From: Octopus sinensis
Taxonomy: Eukaryota
NCBI RefSeq assembly: GCF_006345805.1
Contig: NC_043012.1
Coordinates: 15,810,001 to 15,874,000 of the forward strand
Direction of reading: 5' to 3'
DNA length: 64,000 nucleotides
A program made the position numbers and the translations under genes. How positions within the stretch are numbered: the stretch's first letter is position 1; each line of letters opens with the position of its first letter. Below, in pieces: positions 1 through 11,458 of this stretch. A model generated the notes under the pieces. It was not told the origin of the DNA and did no database searches. It was given only the letters and a program-made list of their open reading frames with translations.

Positions 1-3000
1 TTGACTTTGGTTGTTTTGAAGCTCCTTCCTTTTATGTAAAGAAGGATGAAATTATAAAGGTTTATAAATGACTTTGGTTGTTTTGAAGCTCCTTCCTTTT
101 ATGTAAAGAAGGATGAAATTATAAAGGTTTATAAATGACTTTTTATAGAACTTGACTTTGGTTGTTTTGAAGCTCCTTCCTTTTATGTAAAGAAGGATGA
201 AATTATAAAGGTTTAAATGACTTTTTATAGACCTTGACTTTGGTTGTTTTGAAGCTCCTCCCTTTTATGTAAAGAAGGATGAAATTATAAAGGTTTATAA
301 ATGACTTTTTATAGAACTTGACTTTGGTTGTTTTGAAGCTCCTTCCTTTTATGTAAAGAAGGATGAAATTATAAAGGTTTATAAATGACTTTTTATAGAA
401 CTTGACTTTGGTTGTTTTGAAGCTCCTTCCTTTTATGTAAAGAAGGATGAAATTATAAAGGTTTATAAATGACTTTTTATAGAACTTGACTTTGGTTGTT
501 TTGAAGCTCCTTCCTTTTATGTAAAGAAGGATGAAATTATAAAGTTTATAAATGACTTTTATAGAACTTGACTTTGGTTGTTTTGAAGCTCCTTCCTTTT
601 ATGTAAAGAAGGATGAAATTATAAAGGTTTATAAATGACTTTTATAGAACTTGACTTTGGTTGTTTTGAAGCTCCTTCCTTTTATGTAAGAAGGATGAAA
701 TTATAAAGGTTTATAAATGACTTTTTATAGAACTTGACTTTGGTTGTTTTGAAGCTCCTTCCTTTTATGTAAAGAAGGATGAAATTATAAAGGTTTATAA
801 ATGACTTTTTATAGAACTTGACTTTGGTTGTTTTGAAGCTCCTTCCTTTTATGTAAAGAAGGATGAAATTATAAAGGTTTATAAATGACTTTTTATAGAA
901 CTTGACTTTGGTTGTTTTGAAGCTCCTTCCTTTTGTGTAAAGAAGGATGAAATATAAAGGTTTATAAATGACTTTTTATAGAACTTGACTTTGGTTGTTT
1001 TGAAGCTCCTTCCTTTTATGTAAAGAGGATGAAATTATAAAGGTTTATTAATGACTTTTTATAGAACTTGACTTTGGTTGTTTTGAAGCTCCTTCCTTTT
1101 ATGTAAAGAAGGATGAAATTATAAAGGTTTATAAATGACTTTTTATAGAACTTGACTTTGGTTGTTTTGAAGCTCCTCCTTTTATGTAAAGAAGGATGAA
1201 ATTATAAAGGTTTATAAATGACTTTTTATAGAACTTGACTTTGGTTGTTTTGAAGCTCCTTCTTTTTATGTAAAGAAGGATGAAATTATAAAGGTTTATA
1301 AATGATTTTTATAGAACTTGACTTTGGTTGTTTTGAAGCTCCTTCCTTTTATGTAAAGAAGGATGAAATTATAAAGGTTTATAATGACTTTTTATAGAAC
1401 TTGACTTTGGTTGTTTTGAAGCTCCTTCCTTTTATGTAAAGAAGGATGAAATTATAAAGGTTTATAAATGACTTTTTAAAGAACTTGACTTTGGTTGTTT
1501 TGAAGCTCCTTCCTTTTATGTAAAGAAGGATGAAATTATAAAGGTTATAAATGACTTTTTATAGAACTTGACTTTGGTTGTTTTGAAGCTCCTTCCTTTT
1601 ATGTAAAGAAGGATGAAATTATAAAGGTTTATAAATGACTTTTATAGAACTTGACTTTGGTTGTTTTGAAGCTCCTTCCTTTTATGTAAAGAAGGATGAA
1701 ATTATAAAGGTTTAAAATAACTTTTTATAGAACTTGACTTTGGTTGTTTTGAAGCTCCTTCCTTTTATGTAAAGAAGGATGAAGAATGAAATTATAAAGG
1801 TTTATAAATGACTTTTTATAGAACTTGACTTTGGTTGTTTTGAAGCTCCTTCCTTTTATGTAAAGAAGGATGAAATTATAAAGGTTTATAAATGACTTTT
1901 TATAGAACTTGACTTTGGTTGTTTTGAAGCTCCTTCCTTTTATGTAAAGAAGGATGAAATTATAAAGGTTTATAAATGACTTTTTATAGAACTTGACTTT
2001 GGTTGTTTTGAAGCTCCTTCCTTTTATGTAAAGAAGGATGAAATTATAAAGGTTTATAAATAACTTTTTATAGAACTTGACTTTGGTTGTTTTGAAGCTC
2101 CTTCCTTTTATGTAAAGAAGGATGAAATTATAAAGGTTTATAAATAACTTTTTATAGAACTTGACTTTGGTTGTTTTGAAGCTCCTTCCTTTTATGTAAA
2201 GAAGGATGAAATTATAAAGGTTTATAAATGACTTTTTATAGAACTTGACTTTGGTTGTTTTGAAGCTCCTTCCTTTTATGTAAAGAAGGATGAAATTATA
2301 AAGGTTTATAAATGACTTTTTATAGAACTTGACTTTGGTTGTTTTGAAGCTCCTTCCTTTTATGTAAAGAAGGATGAAATTATAAAGGTTTATAAATAAC
2401 TTTTTATAGAACTTGACTTGGTTGTTTTGAAGCTCCTTCCTTTTATGTAAAGAAGGATGAAATTATAAAGGTTTATAAATGACTTTTTATAGAACTTGAC
2501 TTTGGTTGTTTTGAAGCTCCTTCCTTTTAGGTAAAGAAGGATGAAATTATAAAGGTTTATAAATGACTTTTTATAGAACTTGACTTTGGTTGTTTTGAAG
2601 CTCCTTCCTTTTAGGTAAAGAAGGATGAAATTATAAAGGTTTATAAATGTCTTTTTATAGAACTTGACTTTGGTTGTTTTGAAGCTCCTTCCTTTTAGGT
2701 AAAGAAGGATGAAATTATAAAGGTTTATAAATGACTGTTTATAGAACTCGACTTTGGTTGTTTTGAAGCTCCTTCCTTTTATGTAAAGAAGGATGAAATT
2801 ATAAAGGTTTATAATGACTTTTTATAGAACTTGACTTTGGTTGTTTTGAAGCTCCTTCCTTTTAGGTAAAGAAGGATGAAATTATAAAGGTTATAAATGA
2901 CTTTTTATAGAACTTGACTTTGGTTGTTTTGAAGCTCCTTCCTTTTATGTAAAGAAGATGAAATTATAAAGGTTTATAAATGACTTTTTATAGAACTTGA

Positions 3001-4207
3001 CTTTGGTTGTTTTGAAGCTCCTTCCTTTTATGTAAAGAAGGATGAAATTATAAAGGTTTATAAATGACTTTTTATAGAACTTGACTTTGGTTGTTTTGAA
3101 GCTCCTCCTTTTATGTAAAGAAGGATGATGAAATTATAAGGTTTATAAATGACTTTTTATAGAACTTGACTTTGGTTGTTTTGAAGCTCCTTCCTTTTAT
3201 GTAAAGAAGGATGAATTATAAAGGTTTATAAATGACTTTTTATAGAACTTGACTTTGGTTGTCTTGAAGCTCTTCCTTTTATGTAAAGAAGGATGAAATT
3301 ATAAAGGTTTATAAATGACTTTTATAGAACTTGACTTTGGTTGTTTTGAAGCTCCTCCTTTTATGTAAAGAAGGATGAAATTATAAAGGTTTATAAATGA
3401 CTTTTTATAGAACTTGACTTTGGTTGTTTTGAAGCTCCTTCCTTTTATGTAAAGAAGGATGAAGAAATTATAAATGTTTATAAATGACTTTTTATAGAAC
3501 TTGACTTTGGTTGTTTTGAAGCTCCTTCCTTTTATGTAAAGAAGGATGAATTATAAAGGTTTATAAATGACTTTTATAGAACTTGACTTTGGTTGTTTTG
3601 AAGCTCCTTCCTTTTATGTAAAGAAGGATGAAATTATAAAGGTTTATAAATGACTTTTTATAGAACTTGACTTTGGTTGTTTTGAAGCTCCTTCCTTTTA
3701 GGTAAAGAAGGATGAAATTATAAAGGTTTATAAATGACTTTTTATAGAACTTGACTATGGTTGTTTTGAAGCTCCTTCCTTTTAGGTAAAGAAGGATGAA
3801 ATTATAAAGGTTTATAAATGACTTTTTATAGAACTTGACTTTGGTTGTTTTGAAGCTCCTTCTTTTATGTAAAGAAGGATGAAATTATAAAGGTTTATAA
3901 ATGACTTTTTATAGAACTTGACTTTGGTTGTTTTGAAGCTCCCTTTTAGGTAAAGAAGGATGAAATTATAAAGGTTTATAAATGACTTTTTATAGAACTT
4001 GACTTTGGTTGTTTTGAAGCTCCTTCCTTTTATGTAAAGAAGGATGAAATTATAAAGGTTTATAAATGACTTTTTATAGAACTTGACTTTGGTTGTTTTG
4101 AAGCTCCTTCCTTTTAGGTAAAGAAGGATGAAATTATAAAGGTTTGTAAATGACTTTTTATAGAACTTGACTTTGGTTGTTTTGAAGCTCCTTCCTTTTA
4201 GGTAAAG
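1..4207. repeat. 84-bp tandem satellite/minisatellite, about 50 copies, runs off the left edge
   Basis: Unit gaacttgactttggttgttttgaagctccttccttttatgtaaagaaggatgaaattataaaggtttataaatgactttttata recurs at 230, 314, 398 etc. Units are near identical with scattered 1-bp indels and no unique spacers. Confidence 0.98.
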
Positions 4208-4374
4208 AATGGCGAAACTCTTCAGTGTTTCTGTTTTATTTCTATGGAAAAAAAACAAACATTTCTTCAAATATAAAAAAATGTATGTGCAGTTGTCTCA
4301 TTGTGAGAATTGCTACATTTATTAAAATAAACGTACGTATTCGTGTTTGGATATTTGTAAGATACAATTAAAGA

Positions 4375-4512
<138 letters not shown>

Positions 4513-4515
4513 ACA

Positions 4516-4692
4516 CGTGTTGACAACTGACGTTGGTTTCGCCATGTCTCCATAATCTAGAGCTTCGGCAAAGAAACCAATAGTTAAAGTAGCAGGTTTA
4601 GTGCTGAGCCGATTCGTTCGATTAAAGCCTACCATGGTGGTGCTACAGCATGATCGCAGTCAGATGATTGAAACAAGTAAAAGATAAAAGAT
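4516..4692 (+). mobile_element. Degenerate 3' half of SINE family A
   Basis: ttgacaactga...ttcggcaaag...gctacagcatg...gcagtcagatgattgaaacaagtaaaagataaaag matches the 3' half of the copy at 13261-13676. Confidence 0.65.
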
Positions 4693-4694
4693 AT

Positions 4695-5760
4695 CAAAGT
4701 AGCTTCCTCTGACTTCAATGCACATGTAGCGCCCCAGCTACTTTGTGAATGCTCCATGGATGTTTTCCAAAGTGAGGGTATATAGGATCCTTATCACAAC
4801 ATTCTGTAACTTCAAAACGACTCTTCCTGAGGTTCTCCTTCAGCTTGACAAGTAACTAAAAATCACAGGGAGCAAGGTTTTGACTGTAGGAGTGGTGAGT
4901 GGCAATTTTGTTGCCCACCTCTGTTAAGTATTTGGTTAACAGGATGGAATCGTGGACTGACACGTTGCCCTGGCGCAGGTGCCCCCCACCGGAATGGAAT
5001 AGCTCCGACCTTTTGAACGAAATCTCTTATTGAACTCCATCAAAAGCTCCCCAAAGTACTCTTAGTTGATCGTCTGGCCAGACAGAACCCAGGGTATGTA
5101 GATGATGCCATTGATCTAGAAAATGGGAATCCTCATGAGCTTCCCAGAGGACTTGCTTTGCCTGGCCTTCTTGGATCTGGGGGAACCAGCATGCCTTTTT
5201 TGGGTACTCTGTATCTTGGTCTCCGGGTTATAACAGTAGATCCAGCTTTTGTCATAGGACATCAGAGACTCAAATGCTCTTGAATTGGAGATGATGAGCT
5301 CAACCATCTCCTTGCTGTCACCAATGCGTCTTTCCTTTTGTTTGCCACTGAGTATCATGGGAATAAACTTAATACAGAGTTTGCGTGTGTTCAGATTTTC
5401 ATGAATAATTCTGTGCACAAATGTCACACCAAATCCGAACTGTATGCATTTATGTCTCTATAGACACATAACGGTTTCCATCTTGAAAATTGCCAATTTC
5501 TCAAGCAGCTCTGATATTCTGATGTCCCTGTCCCTTCCATACCTCTCTTCGTCTCCCACCTCCTCGCTACCGCCCATGAACGTCGTGTGCTGGCAAAAAA
5601 AAGATGCTCGACTCATACAAGTTAATCCATTAACACTCTGGAAGCATTTCATAAGCTTCTGAAGTGTTTTTTTTTTACCCAGTTTAACACAAAACTTAAT
5701 TGCACAACGAACTTCAAAATTTGTCTTCACGGCCCGACTGCATCCTGCAAACTAGTCAGC
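4695..5760 (-). mobile_element. Mariner (DD34D-type) transposase pseudogene
   Basis: ORF 5458-5730 gives the N-terminal HTH (RCAIKFCVKLGK). ORF 5116-5427 gives the catalytic region (SYDKSWIYCYNPETK, SPRSKKARQSKS). The decayed C-terminus (CDF..KLKENL, ..CIEVRGSYF) runs to about 4700. Frameshifts and stops present; TIRs not confirmed. Confidence 0.92.
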
Positions 5761-7621
5761 ATGACAAGCAGAGTTCCGTAGGGTGTGCTCAAAGTGTTGT
5801 TACAGCCATCTCCTTCAATCTGAAATAACAATATTTGGCGAGTCAGCTTCTTAGATGTAGAATAAGGATGTGCTAAAATTACTATAATTTAGGATAGTTA
5901 TAACAGCCTCTCCCAAAAGAAAGTTTCAAACCTTCTGGAATGTATCTCGTATATATAGTTGGAAGCTTTCTATTTATCTTGGTAACGTGAATCTCTCATT
6001 TTGCCAAATAACATACATAGAATCGTTAAATAGTTATCTAAGTAATCACAAGAAACGGGTAAATATATTATTTAACTATTTGTTAGAGGTGATTGTCATT
6101 AACTCTTGTGGAAAGTCATTGGGAATCAACAAATACATATCTTTCGTGACGTAATGTTCTGTATCTTGGACCTTCAATGATATATAACACTGTGTAAACA
6201 AATTTGTTTTTGTCTTTGATGAGTAAATGTTATTTCCTATTTGCATCTATCTAGAAATCAATGACTACTATTCCCTTCAAGCTCTGCCTCAGTGACCTGG
6301 ACATCAATTTTTTCAAACTCACCTATTCTCCATTACATTTGAGACAGATGCAGTGCTGAGTTGCTAAAGCAGAAATATCGTTTTTGCAAATATTCTGCTC
6401 AATAACATTGATTTGCCTGTCAGTTACTTGACCATAACCACTTGAGCATGTCTTTAATGACTAACACTATGTGAATCTCTGATCATGAGCAGGAATAGTG
6501 CGGCGGCGGTGGTGGTTGTGGTGGTGGGGGAGCATCATAGCCATGTGCTGAGAGAGATTCTTTGGGGTTTGAATAAATGTAACAAAAGCAAAGTTTGAAA
6601 GGAATATTAATTGGTCATTTTTCATACTTTCTAGGACTAAGCAAATAGGAAATAACATTTGCCACCCAAGGACAGACAAAAACCTTGTTACACAGTGCAA
6701 AGTAGTTGTCATTTTGTCATCGTTTTCTATTGATTTTAGTATCTCGAAAACAAAAACTTCCATAAGTGGTCGTTGGTGCAACGATCGACTGAAGTAAAGA
6801 AGAACGACGATGATTCTAATTCTCACGCTTAAAATGTAGAGAATTTTAGATCAGTATACAGTACACTGCTCTTGTAGAAGTTTTGGCTGGTTTTCTTTGT
6901 GACATCATCGTATTTTATCCTTATTCAGTTCCTCAACCTGACGTAACATATTCTGAGTAATTAGTTGAAATAAACACTTCAGTAAATTTGTTCATTTGTC
7001 TATTACATTATTACTTCCGGTACTAACATTTCTGACTCTCTGCTTGACTGTTTCTTGGTTAATGACTGTAATTATGTAAAATGGTTGTTTATATTTGTTT
7101 ACTTGTCTGTCTTCCTAATCCACCTACCATCCATCCCTCTATTCACATAACTGTGTGTCTGTCCGTCTGCTTGCCTGCCTTCTTATCGAGCTGTCTATTC
7201 ATTTAGGTATCAGCTAATATATCCCTTCCTGTATTATATTTATGAATACACGCGCACATATGTTCATACTTGTGCTCGTACATACTCAACAACCACTTTC
7301 TCACACTTGCAAGCACAAACATAAAACCGTCTATTTACTAACCTAGTAAAGTTACTAGTTACATAACTGGGTCAGATTAAGTTGATACAAGTGCCAGTTT
7401 GATCAGGATTTGCAATTGGTTTAGTAATATCAAATATTTACAGCCAATGAGATCTATCACACTTTATCAAGCACCACATCAAACATTACGTGAAGTCCTA
7501 CATTGAACGCTACATGAAACACTACATTGTGATGTATGATATATTATATTGTAGTGACCCCTGGCGGTCAAGCAGGAAAGCAAAACAAAAAAGGGAGCTA
7601 ACGAGAATAATCTCCCTCGAC

Positions 7622-7646
7622 CTTCTCGAACATTCTAGAAGCTTCC
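7622..7646. promoter_or_regulatory. Perfect 5-pentamer heat-shock element (HSE)
   Basis: cTTCt cGAAc aTTCt aGAAg cTTCc: five alternating nGAAn units with no mismatch, about 50 bp upstream of a TATA box. Confidence 0.8.
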
Positions 7647-7658
7647 AATTAATTTTCG

Positions 7659-7731
7659 GATGACGTGGAAGTCAGGGGCTTCCGGTTCATCCCCTATATA
7701 AAGGAACACATTTCTAATTTCGCGTCACTCT
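7659..7731 (+). promoter_or_regulatory. Pol II core-promoter cluster: CRE/UPRE-like, ETS, TATA, Inr
   Basis: GATGACGTGG at 7659-7668, CTTCCGG at 7679-7685, TATATAAA at 7695-7702, TCACTCT with A at 7727 (32 bp from the TATA start). Confidence 0.55.
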
Positions 7732-8289
7732 TGCCTGTCGTTTCCTAGACATACATTGAGTCATGCAACTCGCATACACACCCGCACACACGGATGTTCG
7801 CCTTATTTGCTTTGAGACATGTGATTGCAAAATATGTTCATGAGATGTTACAAGCTTTTCCTTCAATTAACCTTATATGTTAGCGCATTGCATCCAATAA
7901 TAAATATGTTATGACTTATTACGAACGTCTTACACATTCTTATGATCTTGTCGTTTACGTACAAGATGGCGACCCCGCTTTCTCGCATGCAATCATAAAA
8001 ATGATAAAATGTCACTTACTGACAAGCACAATAATTAATTGCCCTTTCACGACCAAGTTCCTAATGCAACAGAGTTGCAACGTTCCCTTTCATTTGCTTC
8101 TTTTTCTGTTAGATTAACTTTATCTAACCTCATATTTAGATATTTGTATGGAAATCCAACAATAACAATCAGATCAAGAAAAAAGAACTCCTTACTCGAG
8201 AATGAAAAGGCATATCACAATCAGGCTCTGAAATGGTCCTTATCACTAATTGCCAATATGTCAGATAAACAAATTATTGTACAGACATA

Positions 8290-8575
8290 GGCGTAGGAGT
8301 GGCTGTGTGGTACGTAGCTTGCTTACGAACCACATGGTTCCGGGTTCAGTCCCACTGTGTGACACCTTGGGCAAGTGTATTCTACTATAACCTCGGGCCG
8401 ACCAAAGCCTTGTGAGTGGATTTGGTAGACGGAAACTGAAAGAAGCCCGTCGCATATATGTATATATATATATATGTGTGTGTGTGTGCGTGTGTGCGTG
8501 TGTGTGTGTCTGTGTTTTTCCCCCCACATCACTTGACAACCGATGCTGGTGTGTTTACGTCCCCGTAACTTAGCG
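8290..8575 (+). mobile_element. tRNA-derived SINE family A, 3'-truncated
   Basis: Head ggcgtaggagtggctgtgtgg...ggttcagtccc (A/B-box-like), CORE-like accttgggcaagt, internal (TA)(TG) tract. Many other copies in the window. Confidence 0.92.
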
Positions 8576-8889
8576 TGCTAACGATTCTGCCAAGCCAACT
8601 CTGCGCATTAATTTCAAATATTCAACAGAAAAGACAATCAAAACTTGTATTGTTTTCATAAAAACATTATAGTTATTTCTACCTTAGGCGCATGCTTTGA
8701 ATTTCGATGTGTTGAAGTGGACGGATGGCTTAAAATCTTGACTGGAATTACTTTATTCTATTAAACATGGAGAGGTGAAAGGTTAGATATACTTTGTCAT
8801 GATTTGACCACAAAACGTAAAGAGCCGGAGAAAATACTGCGAAACATCTCCAGTACTCTAAATGACTTTGCGCATCCACCGCCCTTGCA

Positions 8890-9272
8890 AAGAGATAATA
8901 AAGTGTCAGAGATAGTGCAGGAAAGTGGAGGGCAGGATGGAAAGATTTGCAAAAAAAAGAGAGGAAGGAGTTTAGATGTTCGCAGGAGAGTGAGGTCGCA
9001 CCGAGACAGTCGTATCGTATAGTTCGGGAGTGGGACCAGAGAAACTTGAGAATATTTGGGCCTCAACGTAGCCAACGAACAGGTAAGCATAGTTGGGGCC
9101 AATTTTCGTTCCCATTGCCACTCCCGAGATGTGCTGGTAAAATCACCAGTGAACGAGAAGCAGTTGAGTGAGAGGACAAGTTCGTCCAGACGAACGAATG
9201 TGGATGCGTCAGGTTGGGAGTTGGGTCGAAGGTCAAGGAAATGTTGGAGTGCACGCAGCCCCTCGTGGAGAG
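8890..9272 (-). mobile_element. Penelope-like element reverse transcriptase fragment
   Basis: IPLHEGLRALQHFLDLRP..RLDELVLSLNCFSF, then after a frameshift FYQHISGVAMGTKIGPNYAYLFVGYVEAQIF..PELY, then a damaged (YI)DDCLGAT motif. This is a typical PLE RT signature. Confidence 0.85.
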
Positions 9273-9480
9273 GGATCGCATATATACATACATATAGTAC
9301 ATACTTCCATATATATGTATCTGTTTTCCGAAGCCTCATATTATCGTTAATTACTCGACAACTGATGAAGGGTCGTTCTTTATTTTACTTGTCTTGTTTT
9401 CCATTTGTTTCTCTCGTTGTCCACATACTCAAGTTTGCCTTCGTATTTCATGTTGTTTACGTTTTGTGATGTCCTGTACC

Positions 9481-9486
9481 CATATA

Positions 9487-9534
<48 letters not shown>

Positions 9535-9558
9535 TCTGTAAGTATGTACATATATGCA

Positions 9559-9600
<42 letters not shown>

Positions 9601-9626
9601 CATACATACATACATACATACATGCA

Positions 9627-9658
<32 letters not shown>

Positions 9659-9670
9659 CACACACACGTA
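9481..9670. repeat. Compound (TA)n/(TACA)n microsatellite
   Basis: Direct reading. Explains the YI/MYVC ORFs. Confidence 0.95.
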
Positions 9671-9679
9671 TGTAAGTAT

Positions 9680-9910
9680 CTATGTTTGTCTTTTGCGTTT
9701 GCCATTCACCGCCGCTAGGCAACCAGCGATGGATTGCTTACGTTTCTGTAAGATAGTGGTTCGGCAAAAAAAAAAAAAAAACAGACCTACAATATAAATA
9801 TGTGGCTTGAAAATTGGATCGATTTGTTTGACCAAACCCTCCAAGTTGGTGCCCCAGCATGGTTGCAATTTAATGACTAAAACAGGTAAAATATGAAAGA
9901 TAAAAGATAG
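9680..9910 (+). mobile_element. Old SINE family A 3' half
   Basis: ggttcggcaaaa...gatcgatttgtttgac...gccccagcatggttgcaatttaatgactaaaacaggtaaaa...gataaaagata. Confidence 0.7.
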
Positions 9911-11086
9911 ATAATGTGGGGAACACTTCCGTGTAAGATACTCTTTGATTTATGAACAGTGAATGTTTTTAGCCAATGGCTGTACGTTTCTTTTTTCCTT
10001 TGGAGTGCAGCTTCATATTTTCTGCGCAATGTTCCAAACAAGATCTGTTGAATTCATTTAACCTATATCTTTTAGTTCTCATCTGCTAACTATATCTAAT
10101 ATTTCATGTCTTGAAATATTGGAAGTGATTAGGACTCGAATAATACTGTTGTTAATAAACTCTTTATTAACCAGTAAAACGTCACAAGATTCGGGACCTC
10201 AGACCTCCTCGTGCTGCCGCTGCAGCTAGAATTGCGACTACCGCTACTGCTACTTACTATATTAAATAAGGTAATACCTTACTTTATTTAATATTTTCTT
10301 TGCCACCAGTAAGATGAGGTAGGGGGTCAAGTTACCACCGTCATATTTCAAGGGGCAAGAAGTAAAGAATTACTTAACAGTACTTTGCTAAGAAGAAAGG
10401 AAATGAAAGAAAAACAAACAAAAATACACGAGATTAATGATTTATACTAATCCAGTCCTTGCAAGTACGAGTGACAACTGGTAATGTTTTAGTCTTATTA
10501 ACCCTAGTCAGCGAAACATAACTTTCTCTGTGCTGGCTGAATTCATAATCAGAGAAACACTATACTAATGCACTATAATGCACAGCCTTAGGACCTTAAG
10601 TTCTTGATGACTCTAACTTCACTGCTATGTCATGCTATGTCAGTGTAGATAGAATTCCTGGATAATCAGGCATTTCAAGGTACTAATTTAGCATGCAATA
10701 CGCCTGGTCATTTAAATATTACAGTGTGACCTACCTGACCATTTACACTTTGGCATGCAGTTTAACCCTAACCGTAACACTAATTCTAACGTTAATCCTT
10801 AATCCTAACTTTAAGTCCAAACCATAACCTTAAATCCTAATCTTAACTCAGATCTGGTCATTTTACAGCGTAGACTACGGATACTGTGGTAGGCTGCAAA
10901 CTAAAATAGCATCCGTCTCAGTCATCATGATAATCTTCGACACCTAACCGTGTGCAATATTGTGCATCAGTATAATAATACTCTTACTACTTCTCTGGCA
11001 AGAACTAATAACATTGTGCTTTGCTGAAGAGGGCTTAAGACCGAAGAATATTCGAAGTTGTCTTCTGTACTTGGTGAACGAAATCA

Positions 11087-11458
11087 TCTCTCTATATATA
11101 AACGGCAAAATGTATGTCTGTGTGTGTGTGTCCTTTATACAAATCCACAATTTTTCAGTTAGAGGGCTCGCACTTTCTATGGTCATTTAAAACCGTCCAA
11201 GGGTGGTCGTGCACATCTTTACATTTCCCCAGTCACCCCGCAAAGCCATTAAAAAAATCAATAGAAGTGACTTTTTTTGTGAATTTTCTATCCAAAACCC
11301 AATCAAAATGCCCGAAACTTGATACGCCAATTGAATGCCAGCTAGCTGTATGTGATTGGTCGGAGATTTGGACAGTACTCGCGTGTATGTGCACACGAAC
11401 GCAGCTGTTTATGCATGCACTAGCACTATGACCCGGCAACGCCGGGTCATAGTGCTAG
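11087..11458 (+). mobile_element. Non-autonomous Helitron
   Basis: A|TCTCTCTATATATAAA start, (GT)n near the 5' end, GC-rich 3' hairpin, CTAG|T end. Inserted between A and T with no TSD. Confidence 0.85.

Larger units (their letters stand above)
7550..7963 (+). mobile_element. Putative LTR (solo, or LTR plus PBS stub), Gypsy-like
   Basis: Starts TGTA and ends TACA. Internal TATATAAA at 7695 and AATAAA at 7899. Followed by TGGCGACCCCG (7967-7977), 1 nt from the common tRNA-Trp PBS TGGTGACCCCG. Alternatively the flanks ATAT/AGAT are an imperfect 4-bp TSD. No gag/pol downstream. Confidence 0.6.

Noticed and set aside
148-231. Hammerhead-like fold in the satellite unit (UUGAAGC, 9-bp hairpin, GAAA, ttataa hairpin)
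   Set aside because: The core fails at C3 and A9, there is no valid NUH site (it would be G17), and no stem I pairing.
1-4207. CRISPR array
   Set aside because: Units are contiguous and near identical, with no unique spacers and no cas genes; the context is eukaryotic.
6467-6826. 119-aa minus-strand ORF
   Set aside because: No recognisable domain; it runs through a GGT/GGC low-complexity patch and probable old repeat sequence.
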